The notes beneath the pieces were generated by a model. It was given only the letters and a program-made list of their open reading frames with translations, was not told where the DNA came from and did not search any database. The translations under genes and the position numbers were made by a program. Shown one piece after another: positions 12,023 to 24,497 of a DNA stretch of 64,000 nucleotides (position 1 is the first letter of the stretch; every line of letters begins with the position of its first letter). Origin of the DNA: Mobula hypostoma (lineage: Eukaryota); NCBI RefSeq assembly GCF_963921235.1, contig NC_086107.1:101310001-101374000 (forward strand). The letters run 5' to 3'.

Positions 12023-12649
12023 TATATGGAAGGACAACACATCTCATCTTTAAACATCATTCAGCTAATCCGGATGATAAATACCAAAGTGCCCGACTGT
12101 TTCAGTAGGAAACAGCCTTTAAGAGAATTTGCTTTGACTGGGACCAGAAGTTCACACTTTTGTGAACTTCTATTAAAGGGAGCGGGCCACGTTGTCAGGT
12201 GGGAGGCCGACTTGGGCTGCTCATCATGAAAGATACGTCAGTATTGTACATACTACAGCGAGTAGAGTGTGCGGGCAGGAGCTTCCCCACAGGTTTCTGA
12301 GAACAATTAAAGGAAACCGGAGCACATCCCCACGGTCACGGGGAGAACGTGGAAAGTCCACATAGACAGCAACCCTGGTGAGGATCGAGTCTTCTCGAGC
12401 TGTGAAGCTCCAAATGCGCTGCCTAGTTATTTAATTCATTTTTCTTTGACCTGAAGCATGATGTGTTTCTCGTTCTCGGGAGGATTTTGCTGTGCACATC
12501 TTGGTTGCAGCGTTTCCCACGGCAGGGCAGTGACCTAGGGCGCAGCGTTTGGGAGGATGCGGGCGGCGCTATACGAACGCAAGTGTCTTCAAGGACGCTG
12601 CCTCGGGTCTGTACAGAAGCTGGAAAAAAATCACATCCCCAGATCCTTG

Positions 12650-12877
12650 AAAATCCCTCAGTGCCGAACCCCCCTGTGGTTAACTTCTGACCCCCAACCA
12701 CCCCTCCGACCCACACGGTCCCCTGTCTCTGCCGTTTAGTGTCTGTTCCGTGTTCATCAACCTGTGCCCACAGCTGTCGACAGCAGCTGTCCCGGCGGTG
12801 GAATGTGTGAGACACAGGCACCCACTGTCCCGTCTGCAGATGACGGAGGGAGAGAGGAAGTAATCAGCCCGCTCTGG
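12650..12877. repeat. Local duplication, copy 2 (paralog at 9040-9260)
   Basis: Shares acagctgtcgacagcagctgtcccggcggtggaatgtgtgagacacaggcacccactgtcccgtctgcagatgacggaggg exactly with copy 1. Confidence 0.9.
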
Positions 12878-13779
12878 TGACAGCTAAAGTCCTTCGCCTT
12901 TCACTTTGTGAGGACGGAACTGCGGGACGCCCAGCCGTCCCTGGAGAGCTGATCTTTCAGTTCTTCCTCCCCTTCTCACGGGTGCTCACTTCTCCCAGCG
13001 GGCCAGGGAGAGTTTCCTGCCACCGGCCGGAATGCCGGCGGACACAGCCCGTTGCCGGGCATTCTCAGTCGGCACCTCTCAGCACCCGGCAGGAAACTAT
13101 TGTATCAGCCACTTGCTCCCTGCTCATCGCACACTAACAGGCGATGAATCCAACGGGGAGAACTCGACATGAACTCACCTTGGACCCCACTTCACCGAGA
13201 CACTCCAGCCTTTCCCCTCAGATCAGGAGCGGACCCCCGCCCTCGCTCCACTCTCCCCACTCCCTCTATGACCTTTGAAGCCTGCTCCTTTCTCCCCAAC
13301 CGTGGAGCGGTAATGGCTTTACAATTGTCCCGTGTACCGCAACACAGAGAGTGTCGACCGGACGGATCATCCCACACATGAGATTATCGAGTCCGTACAA
13401 AAAGAAGAACGTTACAAAATGCAGAGTAGAGTGTGACCGTGACATGGGGAAAGTGCAGTGCGGTTAGGCAGATGAAAGTGCGAGGGCCACGACGACCGGA
13501 AGATCATGGGTCCGTGTTTATTGTTCACGAGTCTAACAGCGGGGTAGAATCTGCCCTTGTGCAACGCACACAGAATGCTGGAAGAACTCAGAAGGGCGGG
13601 CAGCAAAAATCGAGGGGAATAGACAGTCGCCGAGGCCCTTCATCAGCTGGTGGTAGGAGCTCCAAGCGCTTGTTTCTTCCGCCTGATGGAGAACGTCCGC
13701 GAAGGGACGGGTCCGTGATTATGTTGGCTGGTCCACTGAGGTGAAAGGCCCCTCAGATACACCCAGGAGGAAGATTATT

Positions 13780-14210
13780 GAATGGCGAGACCTTTCGCAC
13801 CACAAATGGGCGATGAATTCAAGGAGGGAAACTCGACGTGACCTCTCCTCTGTCTCACCTTTGACCCCGCGGGTCACCGGCCTACTACTGCCCGAGCCCT
13901 CAGCCCAGGAGTGGACCCTCACCCTCGCACTACTGCCCAGTGAGTTCCCCCCGCCTCTGCTCCCTCCTTCGGGCTCGGATAGAGACAGCAGCCCCCGTTA
14001 CTGGGCCCGCGTCAGCCGCTCTAGGCCCTCGACTCTTGGGAGGACGGTGGATTGGAGACCCCGAGGGAGGGAATGAATGAATGATCGCTTTCGTCGCCCG
14101 GTAGAGGGGTAGAAGGTGAACCTACAGCAACTTTGAGGGAGGGGCGGACGGAGACAAAATCCGAGGGGTGGGGGAAGCAGGATCAAAGATGGCGAATTGG
14201 CTCGTTAAGC
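13780..14210. promoter_or_regulatory. CpG-rich candidate promoter / first exon
   Basis: CpG-dense non-repeat DNA (CpG richness spans ~12.5-14.2 kb). CCAAT on minus (~14050), GC box ggggcgga (~14141), YY1-type aagatggcg (14186-14194), minus-strand donor AAG|gtgaga at 13859. Confidence 0.45.
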
Positions 14211-14539
14211 AGCCTGGCAAAGGCACAATCGGTTGGATGGTCTCCTGGCTTCAGAAATATACTATCCACCGTCTGTCAGAGGGTCCAGAAGGCACACCGC
14301 CCCAGCAGCTGGTGTCAGTGATGCACAGGAACCATACAGCATTGGAAACAGGCCTTTCGGCCCAACTTGTCCATGCTGCCCAAAGTGTGCTAACTGTATT
14401 TACCCCCCCCCCCTTTGGACAATATACCTCTACATTCTTTCTGTTAATGCACCTGTAAAAATATTTTTTAAAACCTATTTGTACCCACCTCTACAAGTTC
14501 TTCCGGAAGCTTGTTCCATATACCCAGCTGCTTTTTTTT

Positions 14540-14990
14540 CAAGTCAAGTCAGGTCAAGTCAAGTCACTTTTTATTGTCATTTCAACCATAACTGCTGGTA
14601 CAGTACACAGTAAAAATGAGGCAACGTTTTTCAGGACCATGGTGTTACATGAACAATACAAAAACTACACTGAACTACGTAAAAAAACAACAACACAAAA
14701 CTACACTAGACTACAGACCTACCCAGAACTGCATAGAGTGCACAAAACAGTGCAGGCATTACAATAAATAATAAACAAGATAATCTGCTCAGTAGAGGGC
14801 AGTAGGTTTATAATTATAAATAAATAGAGGTGTCAGTCCAGGCTCTGGGTATTGAGGAATCTGATGACTTTGGGGAAGAAACTGTTACATAGTCTGGTCG
14901 TGAGAGCCCAAATACTTTGGTGCCTTTTGCCAGATGGGAGGAGGGAGAAGAGTTCATATGAGGGGTGCGTAGGGTCCTTCATAATGCTTT
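14540..14990 (-). mobile_element. Rex1/Babar-type LINE 3' end (sibling of 17458-18288)
   Basis: (caagt)n tail and 3' UTR nearly identical to the copy at 17458. Confidence 0.85.
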
Positions 14991-15604
14991 ACGGATGCAG
15001 CATTTTACCCCAATCCCATGTCTTCCACCTCTCACCTTAAACCTATGCCCTCTAGCTTAGACTCCAGTGCCCTGGGGAAAAAACTATCCACCTTATGATT
15101 TAAAAAAGCTCTCTATCTCCCCAGCTTCTTTGATTCAGCGAAAACATAAGAATTAGGAGCAGGATTAGGCCACCTGGCCCGTCAAACCTGCTCCGCCATT
15201 CAATAAGATCATGGCTGTCCTCTCTCTGTAAAGCTCCAGTCCTCCCATCCCAGCAACACCCTTATGAATCTTCTTTGCACTCTCTCCAGCTTAACCTGCA
15301 CCCTTTTCAGTTTAAGGGAGGGCTTCCAAAAACCCGCAAGGACCGAACAGGTGCAGCAAGGTTCCTGCGCACTGCCAGCGTTGTGTTGAACGTGTGAATG
15401 GAGAGCAGGAGGCGACCAGTCGATTCCTTCTGCCAGCTCCACCATTAATACGTTAGTTCACGTCTGCATTCCTGTCTAACCACCCCACCTTGTAGAATCA
15501 GTTCCATAGAAGGAGTTCCATAGATTCAGGACTCTCTGAGGGGAAAAAAATATCTCCTCACCTCAGCATAAAGAAGCAACCACTTATTTTCAAACTATTA
15601 TTTA

Positions 15605-15880
15605 CTTATTGAGATACAGCGCGGAACCAAACTTTCCAGCCCTTCAAACTGCACCGCCCAGCAATCCCCTGATTTAACCCTAGCCTAATCATGCGACAAT
15701 TTACAATGACTAATTAATCTATCAACCAGTACGTCTTTCGACTGTGGGAGGAAACTGGAGCACCTGGAGGAAACCCACGTGGTCACGGGGAGAATATACA
15801 AAGTCCTTACAGGTAGTGACGGGAATTGAACCTGGGTCGCTGGTACTGTAAAGGCTTGTGCTAACCTCTATGCTATCGTG
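15605..15880 (-). mobile_element. tRNA-derived SINE
   Basis: Same core and A/B-box head as 6677-6920. Confidence 0.85.
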
Positions 15881-15889
15881 CCAGACTCA

Positions 15890-16436
15890 GGATCTGTCCT
15901 GGGCCCGACACGTTGATGCAACCGTGAGGAAGGCTCACTGGTGGCTCTGCTTCACTAGGAGCTCGAGGGGCTTCGGTGTATCACCACAGACTGTCCAGCA
16001 CATCACACAAACCAATCTTCCGTCCTTGGACTCACTTTACACCGCACACTGTCGGAGCAGTGCTGCCAGGATAATCAAGGACATGACCCACCCAGCCAAC
16101 ACACTTTTCGTCCCTCTTCCCTCCGGGAGAAGGCTCAGGAGCTTGGAGACTCGTACGGCCAGATTTGGGAACAGCTTCTTTCCAACTGTGATAAGACTGC
16201 TGAATGGATCCTGACCCGGATCTGGGCCATACCCTCCAAATATCTGGACCTGCCTCTTGGTTTTTTTGCACTACCTTACTTTCCCTTTTCTATTTTTTAT
16301 TTATGATTTATAATTTAAAGTTTTAATATTTACTATCGATTTGTACTCCAGGGAGCATGAAGTGCAGAATCAAATATTGCTGTGATAATTGTACGCTCTA
16401 GTACCAACTGTTTGGCGACAATAAAATAAAGTAAAG
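15890..16436 (+). mobile_element. Rex1/Babar-type LINE 3' fragment
   Basis: IIKDMTHPANTLFVPLPSGRRLRSLETRTARFGNSFFP, followed by an AATAAA tail. Confidence 0.85.
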
Positions 16437-16519
16437 ATTTCCATAAAAGCTGGAGAGGTACAGCACCAAAACCAGCTTTTTAGCCCATCGAGTCCATGCC
16501 AGCCATAATCTAATCCTGT

Positions 16520-17030
16520 GCTGGTGGTGGTTGATGGGAAACCTGGGCAGGAGGGTTTTTAAAGTGGAAAAACCATTGCACTGGGGCAGTTCCACTCTCT
16601 TGACCCTGGAAGTCCAGGTCCAGTGATACAAGATGTCATCATAGATGTCTTCTTCGTTTGCAGTGGATGACCATGATTCCTCTGTGCCTCATCGTGCTCT
16701 TCGCTCTCCATGGAGCACTGCAGATCCGCCTTCCTGGTTGTTGGATTTCACTGTAGATCTCATCCACCCAGCCCGCCGGATCTGAATTCACATCCTAGGA
16801 TGAGCATGCCCCTATCTCACCGGGCTATGATGCCCTCCCGTTACTTTCACCTGGTTTAGCCTGCCGTCGAAGCGGTGTACCGGGGTGTGGCCTCTGTTGC
16901 ACACAAACAGCTACTTGGAGCTACAGGTGAGAGTTGAGCATCTGGTGTGGACTAAAGGTGACCAAGCTGCCCCAGAATGGACATGACAAGTCCCTGCATC
17001 AGAGGTGCTACCCCTCCCTGGACACCAATA
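16520..17030 (-). mobile_element. RTE-type retroelement 5' region
   Basis: Minus strand begins ggtgtccagggaggggtagcacctctg and contains an HDV-like fold (next feature). Family assignment is from recalled RTE 5' ends, not a search. Confidence 0.55.
16847..17028 (-). ncRNA. HDV-like self-cleaving ribozyme fold (degenerate)
   Basis: Elements in the expected order: P1 (ttGGTGT/ACACCcc), P2 (TCACCTG/CAGGTGA), P3 (aGC/GCc), L3 TCC with P1.1 GG, P4 hairpin, J4/2 GCTAA. Confidence 0.5.
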
Positions 17031-17457
17031 CGCACCAACCTTGCACTAATTCATTGTGTTCTCCCCAAATTCTCATCAACTATGCCACCCACCTCATGTT
17101 CACCCCTACACACTGCTCACACAAATATGTCCCTACCTCCTACTCCCACCCCACACCCTGTTCACCCCCACCTGTTTCCCCTCCATTTTCTCCACAGCCA
17201 CCCTCCCCCCCACACCTGCTCTGCAAGGAACCCTCTCTCTCTCTTTCCTGACCCTGCAGCCCTCTAACCCTCTGAAAGCTCTGCTCTCCCCCTCTATGGC
17301 TTCATACTCTGTCACCCTCTGCCAGTGGTAGCTGTGCCTTCAGTTAATGACAATCTGAGCCCCAGTACAGCCCCACTCTGTCCTGCCCTGTCTGCCTTTC
17401 TCCCCACCATTTGTTCACCCCTCTGACCCTCCCCAGCCTTTCCTCCCCATATTTCAT

Positions 17458-18288
17458 CAAGTCAAGTCAAGTCAAGTCACTTTTTATTGTCTTTTCAACC
17501 ATAACTGCTGGTACAGTACACAGTAAAAATGAGACAACATTTTTCAGGACCATGGTGCTACATGAAGCAATACAAAAACTGCACTGGACTACGTAAACCA
17601 ACACAAAAACTACACTAGACTACAGACCTACCCAGGACTGCATAAAGTGAACAAAACAGTTCCAGCATTACAAAAAATGATAAACAAGACAATATGCACA
17701 GTAGAGGGTATAGTAGGTTGGTGTCAGTCCAGGCTCTGGGTATTGAGGAGTCTGATGGCTTGGGGGAAGAAACTGTTACATAGTCTGGTTGTGAGAGCCC
17801 GAATGCTTCAGTGCCTTTTGCCAGATGGCAGGAGGGAGAAGAGTTTGTATGAGGGGTGTGTGGGGTCCTTCATAATGCTGTTTGCTTTACGACTGCGGTA
17901 TGTGGTGTAAATGTCTGTAATGGCAGGAAGAGAGACCCCGATGATCTTCTCAGTTGACTTCACTATCTGCTGCAGGGTCTTGCGATCCGAGATGGTGCAA
18001 TTTCCGAACCAGGCAGTGATGCAGCTGCTCAGGATGCTCTCAATACAACCTCTGTAGAATGTGGTGAGGATGGGGGGTGGGAGATGGACTTTTCTCAGCC
18101 TTCGCAGAAAGTAGAGACGCTGCTGGGCTTTCTTTGCTATGGAGCTGGTGTTGAGAGACCAGGTGAGATTCTCCGCCAGGTGAACACCAAGAAATTTGGT
18201 GCTCTTAACGATCTCTACGGAGGAGTTGTTGATGTTCAGCGGAGAGTGGTCGCTCCATGTCCTCCTGAAGTCAACAACCATCTCTTTT
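17458..18288 (-). mobile_element. Rex1/Babar-type LINE 3' part
   Basis: ORF 17808-18281 reads VVDFRR...[14 protein letters not shown]...[13 protein letters not shown]...ESILSSCITAWFG. (caagt)n tail. Confidence 0.9.
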
Positions 18289-18289
18289 C

Positions 18290-18755
18290 ATGCCCCCATC
18301 ACTGTCCTTCTCCCCTTTCTCCTACTCTCTCTTTCTCCAGTTTCTTCTCAGATTTTCTTTCTCTCAGCTCCTTATCCACCTCTCCATCTGGTTACTCTCT
18401 CACCCCTTCTCTCCTCCCCAACCCTCATGATCTGTCCATCACCTTTTTTTGGTTCTCCTCCTCGTCTCTTTATTCCGTGTCCTCTCCTATAGATTCCCTC
18501 TTCTTCAGCACTTTACCTCTTCCACCGATCACCTCCCAGCTTCTCACATCACCAACCCAACTTCCCCCCTCACTTGGCCTCACCTATCACCTGCCAGTTT
18601 GCACTCCTTCCCCTCCCCTCACTTTCGTACTGTGGCTTCTGCCTCCTTCCTTTCCAGATCTGATGAAGGGCCTCAGCCCGAAGTGTCGACTATTCATTTC
18701 TCTCCAAAGATGTTGCCTGACCTGCTGAGTTCCTCCAGCATTTTGTGTGTTACTA
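18290..18755 (+). mobile_element. Penelope-like element pseudo-LTR remnant with degenerate hammerhead motif
   Basis: Pyrimidine-rich tract followed by ctgatgaagggcctcagcccgaagtgtcgact...gctgagttcctccagca. Confidence 0.7.
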
Positions 18756-19076
18756 AGATGTGAAGGAGCTGTTCTACCAACTGTCCCCCTGTACTTCCTT
18801 CCCACCTCTCTGTCCCACAGCTCAGCTCCCCCTTCCAAGCATCAGTCAGAGTGACGGTTCCTTTCACAGTGCTCCTTCAACTTCCTCCCACCACCCTCAT
18901 CCTAACCCAGCCACATTGCTAATTTTCCAGTTTTTACCCTTGGGACAAGTTCGAAGCAAGTGTAAACGCAAGTCAGTTGTTGGCAACCTAATCGAAACAG
19001 TGACCTTCAATTCAAAGTTTGTGCCCACAGCAGGGTTACTGCTGTAACGCATACCCAATGGCCCAATGGTCATCGA

Positions 19077-19567
19077 TGCAAATATCTAATCAGCCAATCG
19101 TGTGGCGGCAACTCAATGCATAAGAGCATGCAGACATGGTCAAGAGGTTCAGTTGTTCAGACCAAACATCAGAATAGGGAAGAAATGTGATCTAAGTGAC
19201 TTTGACTGTGGAATGATTGTTGGTGCCACAGGGGGTGGTTTGAGTATCTCAGAAACTGCTGATCTCCTGGGACTTTCATACACATGAGTCTCTAGAGTTT
19301 AGAGAGAATGGTGCAAGAAACAAAACAAAACAAAACAAAACAAAATTGCTTTGATAAAGAGAGAGGAGAGTGTCCAGACTGGCTCAAGCTGACAGGAAGG
19401 TGACAGTAACTCACATTACAACAGTGGTGTGCAGAAGAGTGTCTCTGAATACACAACACGTTGAACCTTAAAATGGATGGGCTGCAGCAGCAGAAGACCA
19501 CCAACATGCATTCAGTGGCCATTTTATTAGGTACCTCCTGTGCCTAGTAGAGTAGCCACTGAGTGTA
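19077..19567 (+). mobile_element. Non-autonomous Tc1 derivative (family of 267-798)
   Basis: GKKCDLSDFDCGMIVGA.GGGLSISETADLLG HTH remnant. Terminal TIR pair at 19509-19567. Confidence 0.8.
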
Positions 19568-22500
19568 GCCCATTATTTCTGGATAATTGGGATCCCTTCT
19601 GGGGCAAGTGTGACCTGTACAAAAGGGATGGGTTGCACTTGAATCCGAGGGGAACCAATATTCTTGTGGGCAAGTGTACTAAAGCTGTTGGGAGTGGTTT
19701 AAACCAATATGGTAGGGGGATGGAAACCAGGATGATAGAGCTAAGGATGAGCCAGCAGGTTTACAAGTAGATGATGGGTGTAAGATGAATGTAAGGAAGG
19801 ACAAGCCAATGATTGTGTACAAATGCAGACAGAGCGAAGAGTTAAATTGTACCACAGAGGCAAAATTCAAAAGGGCGAAGAATGTAGGACTGAAGGCGCT
19901 GTACTTAAATGCACGTAGGATTTGGAATAAGGTGGACAAACTCGTGGCACAATTACAGATTGGTTGGTATGGCGTTGTGGACGTGACTGAGTCGTGGCTG
20001 AAAGAAGGCCATAGTCGGGAGCTTAACATCAAAGGATATACTTTGTATTGAAAGGACAGGCCGGAAGGCATAGGTGGTGGTGTGGCTCTGTTGGTAAGAG
20101 ATTGAAGGGGGTGACACAGGGTCAGAGAATGTTGAGTCTTTGTGGGTGGGATTAAACTTCAAGGGTTAAAAAAAATTATGGGAATCATATATAGGCCTCC
20201 AAATAGTAGCCAAGACGTGGGGTTGAGATTGCAAAGGGAGCTGGAAAAGGCATGTAATAAGGGTAATGACACAATTGTAATGGGGATCTTCAATATGCAA
20301 GGGCATTGGAAAACGCAGTTTGGTGTTGGATCACGAGAGGGAATTTGTTGAATGCCTATGAGATGGCTTTATACAGCAGCTTGTACTTGAGTCTACTTGG
20401 GGAAAGGCTATCTTAGACTGGGTGTAATGTAATAACCCAGATCTTATTAGGGAGCTTAATGTAAAGGAACCCTTAGGAGGCAGTGATCATAATATGATTG
20501 AATTGATACTGCAGTTTGAGAGAGAGAAGCATAAGTCACACATATCAGTACGCAATGGAATAAAGGGAATTAGAGAGGCATGAGAGAGGAGCTTGTCCAG
20601 GTGGTTGGAGGAGGATACTGGCAGGGATGATGGTAGAGCAGAGATCGCTGAAGTTTCTGGGAATAGTTCACAAGGTGCAGAATAGATATGTCCCACAGAA
20701 GAAGTTGTTCTCAAATGTCAGGATAGGCAACCATGGCTGACAAGGGAAGTTGAGGTCTGCATAAAAGCCAACGGAAGGGCATATTAGGCAGCAAAAGTGA
20801 GTGGGAAGTTGGATGATTGTGAAGCTTTTAAAATCCAACCAAAGGCAACTAAAAAAGTGATAAGAAGGGAAAAGATGAAATATGAGGATAAACCAACCAA
20901 TAATATAAAGCAGGATACTAAAAGTGTCTTCAGTTATATAAAGAGTAAAATGGAGGTGAGAGTTGATATTGGACCATTGGAAAATGATGCTGGTGAGGTG
21001 GTAATGGAGGACAAAGGAATGGCAGATGAACTTAACAAGTACTTTGCATCAGTCTTCACAGTGGAAGACGCTAGCAGTGTGTCAGAGATCTGTGAGTGTT
21101 AGGGAGCTATTCACAAAGTGAGTGCCATTGCTATTACAAAGGAACAAGTACTAGGCAAACTCAAAGGTCTCAAGATAGATAAGTTACCTGGAGCAGATAG
21201 ATTACATCCAGGAGTCCTGAGAGAGGTTGCTGAAGAGATAATGGATGCATTGGTCATGATCTTTCAAGAATCACTTGTTTCTGGCATGGTCCCAGAAGAC
21301 TGGAAGATTGCTAATGTCACTCCACTCTTTAACAAGGGAGGAGGGCAAAAGGGAGGAAATTATAGGCCAGTTCGCCCAACCTCAGTAGTTGGGAAAGTGT
21401 TGGAGGTTTTGAGGTATTTGGAGATTAATGATAAAATAAGTCAAAGTCAGCATAGTTTCGGTAAAGGGAAAATCTTGCCTGACAAATCAGTTAGAGTTCT
21501 TCGAGGAAGTAACAAGCAGTGGATGTCATTTGCTTGGATTTGAATTGAATTGACTGTATTACTTACATCCTTCATATACATGAGGAGTAAAAATCTTTAT
21601 GTTACATCTCTGTCTAAATATACAATTTTTAGTAATTTATAATGCTATAAATTCAGAAGGCATTTGATAAGGTGCCACACATGAAGCTGCTTAACAAGAT
21701 AAAATCCTATGGCAGTTGCAGCAGGACTTACACAAATGGGCAAAAAAGTGGTAGATGGTATACAGTGTTGGGAAATGTAAGGTAATGCATTTTGGTAAAA
21801 GGAACAATAGTGCGGACTTCTATCTAAATGGGGAGAAGGTTCAAACGTCAGGGGTGCAGAGGGACTTAGGAGTCCTCATGCAACACTCCCAGAAGGTTAT
21901 TTACGGGTTGAATCTGTGGTGAAGAAGGCAAATGCAATGTTGGCATTTATTTCAAGAGGAACAGAATATAAAAGCATAGAGATAATACTGAGCCTTTATA
22001 AGACACTAGTCAGACTACACTTGGAGTATTGTCAACAGCTTGGGCCCCATATCTCAGAAAGGATGTGTTGTCTATGGAGAGAGTCCAGAGGAGGTTCATG
22101 AGGATTACTCCGGGATTGAAGGGGTTAACATATGAGGAGAGTTTGGCAGCCTTGGGCCTGTACTCACTGCAATTTAGAAGAATGCAGGGGAATCTCATTG
22201 ACACCTACCAAGTGTTGAAAGGACCAGATGAGGTGGATGTGGAGAGGATATTTCCTATGGTGGGGGTATCCAGAACTAGAGGGCACAGCCTCAAATTTGA
22301 GGGGTGACCTTTTAGAATAGAGGTAAGGAGGATTTTTTTTTTTAGCCAGAGATTAGTGAATCTGTGGAGTGCTCTGCCACAGACTGTGGAGGAGGCCAGG
22401 TCCGTGGGTGTATTGAAGGTGGAAGTTGATAGTTTTTTTGATTGGTCAGGGCATCAAAGGATGTGGCGAGAAGGCCGGTGTATGGGGTTGAGTGGGATCT

Positions 22501-22582
22501 GGGATCAGTCATGCTGGACTGGCATAGCAGACTGGATGGGCTGAGTGGCCTGATTCTGCTCATATGTCTTATGGTCTTATAT
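19568..22582 (+). mobile_element. Long degenerate CR1 LINE (ORF1 esterase end, ORF2 EN/RT remnants)
   Basis: YKRDGLHLNPRGT (SGNH-type ORF1), LYLNARRI, VTESWL, YRPPNS, VPEDWKIANVTPLF and NYRPV motifs, plus 3' UTR. Internal deletion and a short insert at ~21541-21650. Confidence 0.9.
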
Positions 22583-22942
22583 TGTAATAAGGCTTTTGGC
22601 TTAAGCAACAGTGACACACATTGATACATTATCACAAACGAGCTCTATGACAGAGAACAGAATTCTCACTCTTGCCATGAACTCTAGGCTTGATTTACTC
22701 CAAATTAGGATCATACATCTTACAGGCAGCAGTAGTAAATCAACTTTGTGTAACGTCCTTGGGTTCCTCTGTGGCTACAGCCTGCGCTGTCACTCAGACA
22801 GAACATCCTTTCCTGACGGCAACCACTTCAAACTGAACACTGGTGTTTATTACAACCATATATCAGGCCATTCCACTCCCCACCCCACGCTTCTCTGTGG
22901 GACAGTGGAAATGCCCAGAAGACCATGGATGTTAGTTTTTTT

Positions 22943-22943
<1 letters not shown>

Positions 22944-22980
<37 letters not shown>
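22944..22980. repeat. (GA)n microsatellite
   Basis: Read directly from the sequence. Confidence 0.95.
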
Positions 22981-23394
22981 CAGCCAGCCAAGAGCAGGTT
23001 ATTGAGGACGGTGTCAGCAGGAAAGAGATAAAGATTAGCTTTATTTGTCACATTAACATCAAACTATACAGTGAAATGTGTCGTTTGCGTCGAAATGCGA
23101 TGATTGCGCTGGGGGCAGCTCACGCTTCTGGTGCCAACAGCGGTGCCCACAACTTCAGGTGCCAACATAGCAGTGCCCACAACTTATTAACCCTAATCCC
23201 AGGTGTTTGGAATGTGGGAGGAAGCTGGAGCACGAGGAGGAGACCCACACGGTCATGAGAAGAACACCCAGTCTCCTTACCGACAGCAGCGAGAATCAAA
23301 CCCGGATTGGTGATTGCCAGTGCGGTAAAACGGTCGCACTAACTGCTACACTACCAGAGGAGCCAGAGTTTTGGGAGAAACAAGGAGAACCTTG

Positions 23395-23730
23395 AAACAT
23401 AGGATATAGAACCCAGAGCAGGTCAGTACAGAAACGGGCCCTTCGGCCCGCCACGTCTGTGCTGGATACAATGCCAAATTAAACTAATTCCCTCTGCCTG
23501 CATATGATATACATCCCTCCACTTTGCATATTCATGTGGTTATCTAAATGCCTCTTTAACACCACCACCTCTTGGAGCAAATTCCAGGCACCCACCACCA
23601 TCTGTGTGAAAAAACAAAACCTGCCCCATGCATCTTTGGGCTTTTTCCCCTCTGGCCTTCGGGTACCTGATATTTCCACCCTGGGGGGAAAATATTCTTT
23701 CTACCCTCTCCAGGCCTCTCGTTGTTTTAT
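23395..23730 (-). mobile_element. CR1 3' end (degenerate)
   Basis: FFTQMVVGAWNLL on the minus strand. Confidence 0.7.
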
Positions 23731-24017
23731 TTATATCAGTCTTTATTTGCTCTAACCCTCAACAATCAGGCTCTTGAATCAAAGAGAAAGCTTCACTTCC
23801 CAACACTGAACTGTTCCCACAACCTACAGGCTCACTTTCAAGGACCCTTCATCTCATGTTCTTGATATTTATTGCTTACTTATTTATATTATTGTTTCTT
23901 CTTTTTGCATTTGCAAGATTTGTTGTCTTTTGTATTCTGGTTGTTTGTCCATCTGGTTGTGTGTGGTCTTTCATTGTATCTTTTACTTCGATACAAAACT
24001 TACTTTGAACTTTGATA

Positions 24018-24497
24018 CATAGTCATAGTCATAGTCATACTTTATTGATCCCGGGGGAAATTGGTTTTCGTTACAGTTGCACCATAAATAATAAATAGTA
24101 ATAAACCATAAATAGTTAAATAGTAATAAGTAAATTATGCCAGGAAATAAGTCCAGGACCAGCCTATTGGCTCAGGGTGTCTGACCCTCCAAAGGAGGAG
24201 TTGTAAAGTTTGATGGCCACAGGCAGGAATGACTTCCTATGACTCTCAGTGTTGCATCTCGGTGGAATGAGTCTCTGGCTGAATGTACTCCTGTGCCCAA
24301 CCAGTCCATTATGTAGTGGATGGGAGACATTGTCCAAGATGGCATGCAACTTAGACAGCATCCTCTTTTCAGACACCACCGTCAGAGAGTCCAGTTCCAT
24401 CCCCACAACATCACTGGCCCTACGAATGAGTTTGTTGATTCTGTTGGTGTCTGCTACCCTCAGCCTGCTGCCCCAGCACACAACAGCAAACATGATC
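24018..24497 (-). mobile_element. Rex1/Babar-type LINE 3' end
   Basis: FAVVCWGS...ILDNVSHPLH...RKSFLPVAIKLYNS. (gactat)n tail. Confidence 0.85.
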
